From a virus: 64,000 bases of DNA. Location: positions 96,001 to 160,000 of the IMG/VR virus record IMGVR_UViG_3300044614_002195. One strand, 5' to 3'. The number at the start of each line of letters is the position of its first letter. Position 1 is the first letter of the stretch. This document shows positions 1 to 9,263 of the stretch, piece by piece. A model generated the notes under the pieces. It did no database searches. It saw only the letters and a program-made list of their open reading frames with translations, and was not told the DNA's origin. A program made the translations under genes and the position numbers.

Positions 1-548
1 GCCTTAAAACAAAAACATCTGGGCTGTATCTGTTCAGCGGGCCTCCAGGTACAGGCAAATCATCTTACATCAAATATCTCACAACCTGCGATATCGGACG
101 TAAGATAGTATACATCCCAGGAGGGATGATTGAACAGCTTGTATCTCCTGAGATGGTTCCGCTACTGGTCGAGAACAAGAATATTATTCTGGTAATCGAG
201 GATGCTGAGAAAGCTTTAATCTCTAGAGAAGTATCAGCAAACACAGACATGGTACAGACTGTACTCAACCTTACATCAGGCTTCCTTGGCGATGCGGCTA
301 ATGTTTCTATCATTGCCACATTCAATACATCCAAGGATAACATTGATTCTGCGCTACTACGTAAAGGTCGATTGAAGCTTAGTTATGAGTTTGATAAGCT
401 CTCATTAGCGGACACTATCAATTTGGCTGAATCTCTAGGATTAAATACCTCCAAAATTACTGAAGGTATGACTCTTGCAGATATCTACCATATGGAAGAG
501 CAGCCAGGCTATGAGAAGCCAGAAGAAAAGCGCGTAGGCTTTTTCTAA
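1..548 (+). CDS. AAA+ ATPase, 5'-truncated by window edge
   Basis: Frame is open from position 3: LYLFSGPPGTGKSS (Walker A), ILVIEDAE (Walker B), ATFN..IDSALLRKGRL (second region of homology). The track ORF 126..548 is only the C-terminal part. Confidence 0.85.
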   Translation, partial: LKTKTSGLYLFSGPPGTGKSSYIKYLTTCDIGRKIVYIPGGMIEQLVSPEMVPLLVENKNIILVIEDAEKALISREVSANTDMVQTVLNLTSGFLGDAANVSIIATFNTSKDNIDSALLRKGRLKLSYEFDKLSLADTINLAESLGLNTSKITEGMTLADIYHMEEQPGYEKPEEKRVGFF

Positions 549-552
549 GATA

Positions 553-2268
553 CTAGCTCTCCCTGCCGGCGCTACTGCTAGGTCCTGTAAGGCTTGAGTC
601 GCCTATTACCATATAGGCAGCACATACCGCAAATACAAGGCTATGCATAGCGTCGTCAGGCTGCTTGGGGTGGTGATCGTAGATTAGCTCCTGTCCATAC
701 AAACCGTCTTTGACTTCAATGTATATGTTCAAGAGATCTTGCATATATTCCGAAACTTCGCCCCAAGAAGGAAAAAGTATCTTGCCTGCTTTAATTTGCC
801 TGATAACTAGAGATATCACATCAGATCTATGTAGAACCCATCTGTTCTGCCTCCAGTCGTACACACCCGGCTCAAAGTGCTGAATCATTTTTGTTCTTCT
901 ATAGGCAGCCATTTGAGATCTGTTAGGGTCTGTAAGTTCACATAGTTTAATTCCCCTGATAGGATCAGGACCTGAGTCAGATACGCAAAAGGCGTTTACA
1001 CTATTAGCGTGATCAGCTATGGCTCTAATGTGTGCCTCGTAATCAAACCCACGATATATTTTAGCAGAAATTATTTCGTAAACTCCATCTGAGCGTATTC
1101 CGCCCAGTGTAGCTACCGTTCTAGACTGCGCCATACTCACACCCCAATCCACCCCCATAGTATATGCAGTGTACCTAGCCTTATTTTTATTTAAGATAGC
1201 AAAATTATACTCATTACCGTCTACGTACTGTGATCCTAGCAAACATACTTTAACAAGTTCTTCTTGTGTGATTGGTTTTGACCCTATGTCATATGACAGC
1301 CCTAGAGTTTCATTCATAACCACTCTAAGCTCGTTTTTACCGCTATGTACTTTTTGATAAATTTCTTTCCACTCTTTAGGGTCCTCGTTGAAGTGAGGCA
1401 AGAGAGGCTGAGCTAGATGATAGCCGGTGATTAGATAATCGCTAGGGTTCATGCTCACCCATTCACCATCTCGAGAGTTTAATACTTTTGAACACTTCGA
1501 ACAGCTGAAACCGTGAGGCTGAATCATCTTCAGAGGATCATTTCCTTCTGTAAGAGAATTCCAATGATTACAGCCTGTACACTTCATCATCCATTCAAGC
1601 TGATTGGATGTTTTCCACATTCTATGAATAGTATTTGTAGAATCAAGAGGTGTACCGGCAAAAATTTCCCTTTTATAAGGGCTCATGGCCATAGTTTCCT
1701 GAATAATAGGAATCTGGTCGTGCTGGATATCCTGGACTTCATCATACACAACACAATCTATAGCAGGTCCACGAGTTCTGGTAGCATCGTCACTCACATA
1801 GCGAAACAAAACGCTGCTGTGCGTGTCATCCAATATCTTCTCAAACACATCATTCTTAAACCATCCTTTTACTAATAAATTTTTAATTTTTGGGCTCTCG
1901 AATCTTGGAGGAATATAGTTACTTGAAAAATACTTAGTAGTAAGCTCCTGAGGGCCGACATACATCATCTTGAAATAGTTCCAACGTATCAAATTAAGAC
2001 AAATAAAATTACTTAAAAGTGTAGACTTAAGAGTCTTACGGCTGCACTTTAATAAAAGTTTTTGAGGCATATTGTCATAAATATGCTTCAACATCGGGAA
2101 AGCATCTAGTTTCTGCAGCCGCCCTTCATTATCGTACAGATAATTCTCGACAAAATGTGAAGGCGGAAGTACCGAAAATATTAATTGTCGAGCAATAAAC
2201 GCTGACTTCGCATTGTTTTTGCGTAGCAGCTTTTCCACAGTGTCCTTAATTGTAACATGATACGACAT
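553..2268 (-). CDS. terL: Terminase large subunit (GpA-like)
   Basis: 571 aa. Walker A-like KCSRKTLKST, VVYDEVQD (Walker B), AGTP motif, CxxC..CxxC Zn motif (CTGC/CSKC), RNase H-like nuclease MGVDWG...PDDAMH. Confidence 0.88.
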   Translation of the reverse strand: MSYHVTIKDTVEKLLRKNNAKSAFIARQLIFSVLPPSHFVENYLYDNEGRLQKLDAFPMLKHIYDNMPQKLLLKCSRKTLKSTLLSNFICLNLIRWNYFKMMYVGPQELTTKYFSSNYIPPRFESPKIKNLLVKGWFKNDVFEKILDDTHSSVLFRYVSDDATRTRGPAIDCVVYDEVQDIQHDQIPIIQETMAMSPYKREIFAGTPLDSTNTIHRMWKTSNQLEWMMKCTGCNHWNSLTEGNDPLKMIQPHGFSCSKCSKVLNSRDGEWVSMNPSDYLITGYHLAQPLLPHFNEDPKEWKEIYQKVHSGKNELRVVMNETLGLSYDIGSKPITQEELVKVCLLGSQYVDGNEYNFAILNKNKARYTAYTMGVDWGVSMAQSRTVATLGGIRSDGVYEIISAKIYRGFDYEAHIRAIADHANSVNAFCVSDSGPDPIRGIKLCELTDPNRSQMAAYRRTKMIQHFEPGVYDWRQNRWVLHRSDVISLVIRQIKAGKILFPSWGEVSEYMQDLLNIYIEVKDGLYGQELIYDHHPKQPDDAMHSLVFAVCAAYMVIGDSSLTGPSSSAGRES

Positions 2269-2418
2269 AAACGTAATAATAAAAGCAAACCCAGAAAAGC
2301 CAAAAATGTAACAGAAGAGGTATTTAAAGTTGTAGAATCGTCTTTCGACGCATTTCTCAGTATCTTCAATGGCGGCAATTCTGACAAGAAAAAATATTAT
2401 AGAGTCTACAAAGATTGA

Positions 2419-2440
2419 CCTGCTATGCTATAATAGCAGG
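2419..2440 (+). promoter_or_regulatory. Extended -10 element (TGcTATAAT) inside an inverted repeat
   Basis: CCTGCTA-TGCTATAA-TAGCAGG in the divergent gap between terL and the plus-strand block; GCTATGCTATAAT recurs at 51050-51062. Confidence 0.5.
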
Positions 2441-2444
2441 TGTT

Positions 2445-2612
2445 ATGAGTAGAACTATTAGAAAATATCAGGTCAGAGATAAACGAAATCGGTATAAGCA
2501 GATCGAACGTCAAAAGCTGGAAGACCAGTATTATACAGATGTAGCAAAATCGCATGACAGAAAAATCCGTAAAAAGGGTCTTCGAGAAGAAGAATCCGAC
2601 GAACAGCAGTGA
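2445..2612 (+). CDS. Small basic hypothetical protein
   Basis: ATG at 2445 (MSRTIRK...), 55 aa, just downstream of the putative promoter. Confidence 0.5.
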   Translation: MSRTIRKYQVRDKRNRYKQIERQKLEDQYYTDVAKSHDRKIRKKGLREEESDEQQ

Positions 2613-3144
2613 TATAAGTAATATAAAAAGAGGGCGAGGAAGACCAAAGGGCGCCAAAAATAAACCAAAAGTTGAATCTGTTCCGACTGTAGCTAAAAAA
2701 AGAGGTCGGCCTAAGGGTTCAAAGAACAAAGTTAAAACAAGCAGTTATCAGGAAATTCAAGTAAAAGGTAAGTACCTTAACCCTATAGCTTCGGCTAAAC
2801 CTGAAATAGCTCGCATTCCTAAACCTCCAGGTAAAAGAGGAAGACCTAGGAAAAACGATAACCCACTAGCTGCGTCTTCAGTTAAAAAAGAAGAGCAGAA
2901 GGCTGAACTACCTACAACATCAGGTAATCATCCCTTATTTCCAGCCGTAGCCTGGCTTGAAAAAAATATGCATCACAACGAGCTGCAATACTATCGCAGT
3001 CGTGCGCACAAAATAGGCTCAACCATACAGGTAGCCATAGCTTCAGACATCCTGGGTTTCTTTAATGTTCAGGATGCGGAGATATGCAAACAAATCAAGA
3101 AAAACACATTCATCGCAAGCGTAACAAAACATGAACTGCATTAA
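2554..3144 (+). CDS. AT-hook DNA-binding protein
   Basis: Three AT-hooks: KRGRGRPKG, KKRGRPKG, GKRGRPRK; small helical C-terminal domain. Start uncertain. Confidence 0.75.
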   Translation: MTEKSVKRVFEKKNPTNSSDISNIKRGRGRPKGAKNKPKVESVPTVAKKRGRPKGSKNKVKTSSYQEIQVKGKYLNPIASAKPEIARIPKPPGKRGRPRKNDNPLAASSVKKEEQKAELPTTSGNHPLFPAVAWLEKNMHHNELQYYRSRAHKIGSTIQVAIASDILGFFNVQDAEICKQIKKNTFIASVTKHELH

Positions 3145-4720
3145 TAAAATCAAAAACTATCAAAGAGCCGGCTATTCTGGTGTATTCGTACTAACTCACG
3201 AAGAAGCCAGATTCATGCTCGAGCTTACAACTCTAAGCAACTTAGAGTATAATGCTCTCAACATTGTCGAATGGGACACACAGAAAGGCCTTCTATTCCG
3301 ATCAGGAAAAACTAAAATAGGGTTTCAAGAGGACACTACTAAAAACACTAGCGATCTACTGGAATATATTCAAAATTATTCGCAGACCAATACAATCTTT
3401 GTGTTGAAAGATTTTCATCTGCATTTTGATAAAATTCTCAATATTCGTCTATTGAGGAACGCTTGGAATAACCTAAAGCGAATGGGTAATATGATTGTTT
3501 TTGTAGGGCATAAATACGCAGTACCCGGCGAGCTCCAAAAGGAGGTACAGCTACTAGACTATGACCTTCCAAATATAGAAGCACTTACCGAGAGGTTGAT
3601 GTATATCAAAAGCTCGATTGATAAAGGCAGAGAAGAGGCAGGTAAGGCGCCTACTGAGCTTGATAACAGTATTATAGAGGCAGCAACGGAAGCTGCGAGA
3701 GGCATGACCAGCCTTGAGGCTGAGAACGCTTTTGCTTCCGCCTGGACAGAAACCGGAAAGTTTAATAGCGTTTTTGTTGAAGCAGTATTTAAAGAAAAAA
3801 TTGCGCAGCTTAAAAAGAACGGATTGTTGACCTACATGGAGCCAAACATCAGCTTTGATAATGTTGGCGGCATGCAAGGCCTAAAAACCTGGCTAACTAC
3901 TAGGAAAAAAGCGTACGCTAAAGAAGCTAGAGCATACAATCTACCTTTACCTAAGGGTATGCTATTGGCCAGTGTGCCAGGTACTGGGAAAAGTCTGATT
4001 TGTAAGGCAATTGCTAAAGAGTTTGACTGCCCGCTGTTTGCTCTGGATATTGGTAGCGTATTTGATTCGCTTGTTGGTAGCAGCGAAAAGAATATGCGAG
4101 AGATCATTAAAACTGTTGAAAGCGTGGGTAAGTGTGTGATCTTGATTGACGAGATCGAGAAAAGCTTGAGTAACAGCGCAGTCAGTGGCTCTGGAGACAG
4201 TGGCGTAGGCAGCCGTATCTTCGGTACTTTCCTGAGCTGGCTAAATGACCGCACAAATCCTGCGTTCATTGTTGCCACCACGAACAACCACACACTGTTG
4301 CCTGCAGCATTGATCCGCAAGGGTCGTTTTGATCAACTGTTCTGGGTAGACCTACCTACAGCAGAAGAGCGTAAAGAAATCTTCACTGTCGTGATTAATA
4401 AGTATAATAGAGATCCAAAAAACTTCTCTATTAAAACTTTAGTAAACGGCTCTGAAAACTTTACAGGCGCCGAGATTGAAGAAGTGTTTAAAGACGCGCT
4501 ATACAAAGCGTTTGATGCTGGTGAAGAAATTAATGATAGCCATGTTATGGAGGTACTGTCGGAGTTTATTCCGTTCGCAGTGTCACATGAAGAAGATCTA
4601 AAGACGATGCGCAAGCAAGCGCAAGGTAAGCTAGTTATGGTAAACAGTAAAGGTGATCCTATTGCTGACGTTCAGAAAAACATGAGAAAGCTGAGTATTG
4701 CAATCGGGGTAGAAGAGTAA
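3131..4720 (+). CDS. Ycf46-like AAA+ ATPase (degenerate N-terminal AAA plus active AAA)
   Basis: 529 aa. FVLKDFH in the N-domain, FDNVGG, SVPGTGKS Walker A, ILIDEIEK Walker B, ATTN..LPAALIRKGRFD, FTGAEIE. Confidence 0.88.
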   Translation: MNCINKIKNYQRAGYSGVFVLTHEEARFMLELTTLSNLEYNALNIVEWDTQKGLLFRSGKTKIGFQEDTTKNTSDLLEYIQNYSQTNTIFVLKDFHLHFDKILNIRLLRNAWNNLKRMGNMIVFVGHKYAVPGELQKEVQLLDYDLPNIEALTERLMYIKSSIDKGREEAGKAPTELDNSIIEAATEAARGMTSLEAENAFASAWTETGKFNSVFVEAVFKEKIAQLKKNGLLTYMEPNISFDNVGGMQGLKTWLTTRKKAYAKEARAYNLPLPKGMLLASVPGTGKSLICKAIAKEFDCPLFALDIGSVFDSLVGSSEKNMREIIKTVESVGKCVILIDEIEKSLSNSAVSGSGDSGVGSRIFGTFLSWLNDRTNPAFIVATTNNHTLLPAALIRKGRFDQLFWVDLPTAEERKEIFTVVINKYNRDPKNFSIKTLVNGSENFTGAEIEEVFKDALYKAFDAGEEINDSHVMEVLSEFIPFAVSHEEDLKTMRKQAQGKLVMVNSKGDPIADVQKNMRKLSIAIGVEE

Positions 4721-4751
4721 ACAATAAACAAACAATTAAACAATAAATTAT

Positions 4752-5753
4752 ATGACAAACGAATATCAAGTAACTGAAACATTGCAGAAATATTATGACA
4801 AAGTTTTCCAAGACGGAAAGCTTGTAAATATTCACATCGGTATGTGGGGAATGAGTTATAACCTCACAGAAGAGGACATTAAGCTCGATAACAAGCTACC
4901 AGATACTATCAAGCTGGGTAAGAAAATGCTTATCAAGCCTGCAGTATACAACAAGTTCAAGAACATTGAGCAAAAGATCCGTAAATATCTTTACGTTAAT
5001 TCTTTTGATTTCCCTCTAGTAAGTCAGGCGCATTTTGTACCTAAGGCAAAGTATCTAGAGGTTTACACGACGCTAGATAAGATGCGCGTTGAATTCATGC
5101 AGATGGTTGACGAGTTCGTAGAAAAATACGAAGACTATAAGAAGGAGGCTATCGCATATTACCAAGAGCATAAGGATACGGTTAGTGTAGACGATTTAGA
5201 AAAATACTATCCAGCTGCAGCTAATGTACGAAGCAAGTTTTACTTCGACATTGTATCTTTTGAAATTGCACTACCTGCTGAGTTTAAAGAACTCAATTTG
5301 CAGGATGAGATCAATCGAGAAATTGCTGGAAAAGAGGCTAAGTCAAAGGCGCTTGAGAACTATAAAACTGAGTATGGTAAGCAGATCAGTACGCACATGG
5401 CAAAGATCAACGACTTTGTGGGTGAAGTCACAGCCACATTGCGTTCAAAGATCGTTGAGCATTGCTCTAAAGCCCTGGATAAAATAAACAAGAAAGAAGT
5501 TGTGTCTGAGTCTAGCATCAAGACATTGCTTAAGCATATTCAAGAGTTCAGAGATATGAACTTTGTTGACGACAAGGCCGTTGAGGCTGAGTTGGCTAAA
5601 GTTGAGCGTTTACTTGTAGGTAACCACGACTTTGATAAAGACAAGGACGCCATGGGTCTACTTCAGCAGCATCTGAACACTCTTGTAAAAGAGGCTGAGA
5701 GTCTGTCTGACGTAGCAAACGTTTCAGGTGAATATTTCAGGAAACTTGCATAA
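4752..5753 (+). CDS. DUF3150-like protein
   Basis: 333 aa helical protein; LVNIHIGMW...KLGKK pattern and context next to the Ycf46-like AAA. Confidence 0.55.
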   Translation: MTNEYQVTETLQKYYDKVFQDGKLVNIHIGMWGMSYNLTEEDIKLDNKLPDTIKLGKKMLIKPAVYNKFKNIEQKIRKYLYVNSFDFPLVSQAHFVPKAKYLEVYTTLDKMRVEFMQMVDEFVEKYEDYKKEAIAYYQEHKDTVSVDDLEKYYPAAANVRSKFYFDIVSFEIALPAEFKELNLQDEINREIAGKEAKSKALENYKTEYGKQISTHMAKINDFVGEVTATLRSKIVEHCSKALDKINKKEVVSESSIKTLLKHIQEFRDMNFVDDKAVEAELAKVERLLVGNHDFDKDKDAMGLLQQHLNTLVKEAESLSDVANVSGEYFRKLA

Positions 5754-5756
5754 CCG

Positions 5757-6059
5757 ATGTATCCAGGAGACGATCAAAACGAAACAACTGACCCTCCATA
5801 TTTTGACACCCTAACTGTCAAGTTTAGGGGAGACAATTATGAGGTTGCATTACCATATTGCGAAGTAGCCAATGGCGAGATCACCGAGATAAATGACAAG
5901 GCTGTTAAGATAGCTTATTTAAAAGATGGAGTGAAAGATACTCTGGTAATGTCACATCCTGATTTTGTCACAGTTATTGAAAAAGCATTCGATATCAAAG
6001 AAATCACAAAGCTGAGCATACAGCGCGCCAACAGCTACGACACAATAAAAATATTATGA
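5757..6059 (+). CDS. Hypothetical protein
   Basis: 100 aa, tightly packed in the operon. Confidence 0.6.
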   Translation: MYPGDDQNETTDPPYFDTLTVKFRGDNYEVALPYCEVANGEITEINDKAVKIAYLKDGVKDTLVMSHPDFVTVIEKAFDIKEITKLSIQRANSYDTIKIL

Positions 6060-6445
6060 GTCATTCAGTAGACATCAAAACACAGTTCAAAAATACCAAT
6101 AATCTACTTGCGCAGTTTAAAGCGCTTGGGTGGAGGATTGAAATGAATACGAAGTGTACAACATATCCTAGCGATCCTCGCCGTGGAGAGATACACAAGT
6201 ATGTAGCAAAAAACCCCAGTTCTGTAGGATACGATGTGGGAGTTAACCTAGATAATGAGGGTAACGCCTACTTTGTGTGCGACTTCTATGATCGTAGCAT
6301 CGAGCAGAGCTTGGGTAAAAACCTGCAGAAAGTCAAACAGGGCTATGCACTCAGCGAAATCAAAAAGCGCTTGCGTGAAGAAGACCTGGAATATAAGGTA
6401 AGCGAACTACCTACAGGCGAGCTAATCGTGGTTGCTGAAAAATAA
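6056..6445 (+). CDS. DUF1257 (Ycf35-like) protein
   Basis: MSH...IKTQFKN...L..LG, YDVG, CDFY, QGYA pattern typical of DUF1257. Confidence 0.8.
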   Translation: MSHSVDIKTQFKNTNNLLAQFKALGWRIEMNTKCTTYPSDPRRGEIHKYVAKNPSSVGYDVGVNLDNEGNAYFVCDFYDRSIEQSLGKNLQKVKQGYALSEIKKRLREEDLEYKVSELPTGELIVVAEK

Positions 6446-6446
6446 T

Positions 6447-6647
6447 ATGTCTAAAAAAATAGTATTTAAAATTACTAAAGATGGCGATGTTGTAGTTGAT
6501 AAAGTTGAAGGCTACGGATCGTCATGTCTTGAGGCTACCAAGTTCATAGAAAAAGCCTTGGGTAAAGCAGATGAGTCTACTCGCAGAATGACTGAGGAAT
6601 ACGAAGAACCTATAAAGGTAGATAATTCTGAGCGTATACGCAATTGA
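6447..6647 (+). CDS. DUF2997 protein
   Basis: MSKKIVFKITKDGDVVVDKVEGYGSSCLEATKFIEKALG...TEEY; follows DUF1257. Confidence 0.8.
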   Translation: MSKKIVFKITKDGDVVVDKVEGYGSSCLEATKFIEKALGKADESTRRMTEEYEEPIKVDNSERIRN

Positions 6648-6907
6648 TGAAAACAGTCATATACGTAGACAAAGATGGCAACGTCAGCGGACTGGCTGAC
6701 GATGTTATAGATAGATTGACTTCTCTAGGTAACAAGCAAGTAACCCGAGTATCTAATGTGGAATTTGACCATACAACACAGTTATGGTCAGCCACAGATC
6801 TCGATGGAGCAGTCATAGCTACCAGTCCAATCAGGAGCGAGGTAATCAATATGGAACGAGATTACCTAAATAAAAAAATAGAAGAGAGCTTCGCAGCTTC
6901 CCTCTAA
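6647..6907 (+). CDS. Hypothetical protein
   Basis: 86 aa, translationally coupled (TGATG) to DUF2997. Confidence 0.65.
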   Translation: MKTVIYVDKDGNVSGLADDVIDRLTSLGNKQVTRVSNVEFDHTTQLWSATDLDGAVIATSPIRSEVINMERDYLNKKIEESFAASL

Positions 6908-6956
6908 ACCCACATCAACCCTTCAGGTCCGATCCCTGTCGGGTTGAACACTTTAT

Positions 6957-7343
6957 ATGCAAAGACTATTAATTGAAATAATGTGCTGTGACAGCAATCA
7001 TGGCAGACATGCAGGAAAGGTAGTTATAGTAGAGTTAAACTTTGATGATGAAATCTACAGAGTATTGACTCACAGCGTCAGAACTAATCCTCAAAAGCAT
7101 CAGAGGAAAAAAATATCTAGCAGAATACGATTACAGACAGAACACCAGGAAGCAGCACTCAGTATGCATAAGGCTATTCTGAGGGAGAAACAAAAAGCGG
7201 GATTTAGGTTTTTAAGAAATGGAGAAAAGATAGCCGTACCAAACTTTAAAGATATTTTTAAACCTACTTTAAAAGCAAGAAAGGCTAAGCCTAAGACTAG
7301 AGAAGTAAAACCAGAAGAACCAGCGTATAGAAAACTATCATAA
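6957..7343 (+). CDS. WGR-like domain protein
   Basis: Beta-rich N-terminus, then A...ILREKQKAGF resembling the WGR K.KKGY helix; basic tail. Confidence 0.4.
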   Translation: MQRLLIEIMCCDSNHGRHAGKVVIVELNFDDEIYRVLTHSVRTNPQKHQRKKISSRIRLQTEHQEAALSMHKAILREKQKAGFRFLRNGEKIAVPNFKDIFKPTLKARKAKPKTREVKPEEPAYRKLS

Positions 7344-7348
7344 CTAAT

Positions 7349-7540
7349 ATGAGAAAATCAGGAAACAGAACATTTGCAAAAAATTTAAAACGCTTAAAGA
7401 GTAAAGGAGCGATGGCTGTGAAGTCGAATGGTACTCCTTTATTTTTGGGGTCGATAAGTAATATACCTAAAGGATTTTCGGCCGAATATACAGTAAAAAT
7501 TAAATCAAGGGTAAATAAATATGAAATTTCTAGCATTTAG
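7349..7540 (+). CDS. Small basic hypothetical protein
   Basis: 63 aa filling the gap before sbcD. Confidence 0.5.
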   Translation: MRKSGNRTFAKNLKRLKSKGAMAVKSNGTPLFLGSISNIPKGFSAEYTVKIKSRVNKYEISSI

Positions 7541-8627
7541 CGACCAGCATCTAGAGAGTAAACTCTATAACATCCCTGAACTCGAGCAGGACAATCGAGA
7601 GTTGTTTAAGATGGTTGTGGATAAAGCTATGGAGCTTGGCGTAGACTATCTTATTAGCGTCGGTGACCTATTTGATAACAACAGACCAAATAGCGAAACA
7701 ATACGCTTCGTAAGCGAAGAATTATCCAGACTCAGTGCAGATGTAACGCCTCTGGCAATAGCTGGTGACCATAGTAAACCAGTAAACGGTGCCACCTGGG
7801 AGCATGTGTGCGGGTTTCACAGTGTTAATAACTTCGATAGTTTTGTAGGTGTAGACTATAATGATAACCCTGCTGACGTAATTGCTCTAATTAACCATGA
7901 GCTGAATAAGCGAGCCAAAGACACTGTTAGGTGGATATTCATGCACCAGCAGATTCCTGAGTTATGGCCGTTCTGTGAAGAGAAGAAAAAGATTAGTATC
8001 AAAGATCTAGACCTGTCTAACCAGTGTGGAAGCATTGAGGGAATATTATTGGGCGACATTCATATCCGTAGGGAGATGCGCTACTTCGACAATATCTGCA
8101 ATAAGGAGTTGTTTGTAGGATATTGTGGCAGTCTTGGTGTCACAGCAGCCAACGAGACCTCTAAGCCTGGTTTGTACTATTATGATGGACAAAAGCTTTC
8201 CACCATAGAGTACACCTTACCAAGAAAGTACATAACCATTGAGATTCATGACCATGTGGCTCCTGAGAGCGATTACCTGGTTGAGCTAAAGAAGAAATAT
8301 GAGGTGTACAAGCAAGAAGCTAAACGACCTGTATTTCTGGTAAAGATCTACAAAGGCTCAGAAGTAGGTAATAACCTGAATTTCCTCTATGATATTGGCT
8401 ATGTACGCATGACCAAGGTTAAAGAGGACAAGGAGGGCAATGAAGAGATGGTCAACATTAGGTCAGAGCTTAAAACAATGGATAGGATTGAGGCTGTACT
8501 CAAGCAGATGACATCCTCATTGGAAAACGCTGATCTTGTGTTTGACCTAGCTAGCAAGCTTCTGACAGAAGCAGATCCTAAGATGGTATTAGATAACTAC
8601 AAAGCAACAATATATGGAACCGTATAA
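7521..8627 (+). CDS. sbcD: Mre11/SbcD-like nuclease (T4 gp47-like)
   Basis: FSDQHL, GDLFD, AGDH, MHQ, LGDIH, YCGS metallophosphoesterase motifs. Confidence 0.88.
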   Translation: MKFLAFSDQHLESKLYNIPELEQDNRELFKMVVDKAMELGVDYLISVGDLFDNNRPNSETIRFVSEELSRLSADVTPLAIAGDHSKPVNGATWEHVCGFHSVNNFDSFVGVDYNDNPADVIALINHELNKRAKDTVRWIFMHQQIPELWPFCEEKKKISIKDLDLSNQCGSIEGILLGDIHIRREMRYFDNICNKELFVGYCGSLGVTAANETSKPGLYYYDGQKLSTIEYTLPRKYITIEIHDHVAPESDYLVELKKKYEVYKQEAKRPVFLVKIYKGSEVGNNLNFLYDIGYVRMTKVKEDKEGNEEMVNIRSELKTMDRIEAVLKQMTSSLENADLVFDLASKLLTEADPKMVLDNYKATIYGTV

Positions 8628-8721
8628 GCTTGCATCCTTAAACAAGCTACCAACGCCACTGGTACTAACAATAGTAATATTTGCCCTAGTGGCTTTTGCA
8701 ATTCACTATAACGTAGACTAG
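8614..8721 (+). CDS. 35-aa single-TM micro-protein
   Basis: MEPYKLASLNKLPTPLVLTIVIFALVAFAIHYNVD, translated by hand; fills the gap exactly. Confidence 0.55.
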   Translation: MEPYKLASLNKLPTPLVLTIVIFALVAFAIHYNVD

Positions 8722-8722
8722 T

Positions 8723-8914
8723 ATGACCTACATATTAAATATATACATAAAAGACAAGCGCACCAAAAGCGGCAAAAGGATAGTCGGCTCGTATGAGTAC
8801 GATAGGAAAGACATGGAAAGCATGCTCCGAGAAGTAAAAGCATTGTATCCTACTTATAAATCAGAAGACGGTTACATGTTTGAAATAGTAGAACCAGATG
8901 GACACAATATTTAG
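8723..8914 (+). CDS. Hypothetical protein
   Basis: 63 aa, accessory array. Confidence 0.6.
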   Translation: MTYILNIYIKDKRTKSGKRIVGSYEYDRKDMESMLREVKALYPTYKSEDGYMFEIVEPDGHNI

Positions 8915-9263
8915 CGGGTACGTTAAGTTTCCAGCCGATGAAGAGGCCGATCTAGCTACCCTAGATAGGCTTTATCGGCTGTTAGGCTCAGTAGAAGAGG
9001 TTGAAAAAGCTTTCAACATCGAGTTCTCTTGTGGAGATGGAAAATACATCTCTGATATGGAAGACGACTCTAGTGAGCTAGATAAATACGATGGTAACGT
9101 ATGTTTAAACTCTCCGCCAAGGGAAAGCAATGACGGCAAAGAGTTCGAGCTAGGCAAAGACTATCTGTTTGAAATAATGAGAAAAGGTGACAGCGAACCT
9201 TATGAGTGGAGGTTCTATATCGACGAGAAAGAAACAACCAGAAGAATAGGAAGATTAAAATGA
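8898..9263 (+). CDS. Acidic hypothetical protein
   Basis: 121 aa. Confidence 0.6.
   Translation: MDTIFSGYVKFPADEEADLATLDRLYRLLGSVEEVEKAFNIEFSCGDGKYISDMEDDSSELDKYDGNVCLNSPPRESNDGKEFELGKDYLFEIMRKGDSEPYEWRFYIDEKETTRRIGRLK

Noticed and set aside
2181-2387. 68-aa minus-strand ORF as terminase small subunit
   Set aside because: It overlaps terL by 88 nt, is hydrophobic, and has no TerS features; unsupported.
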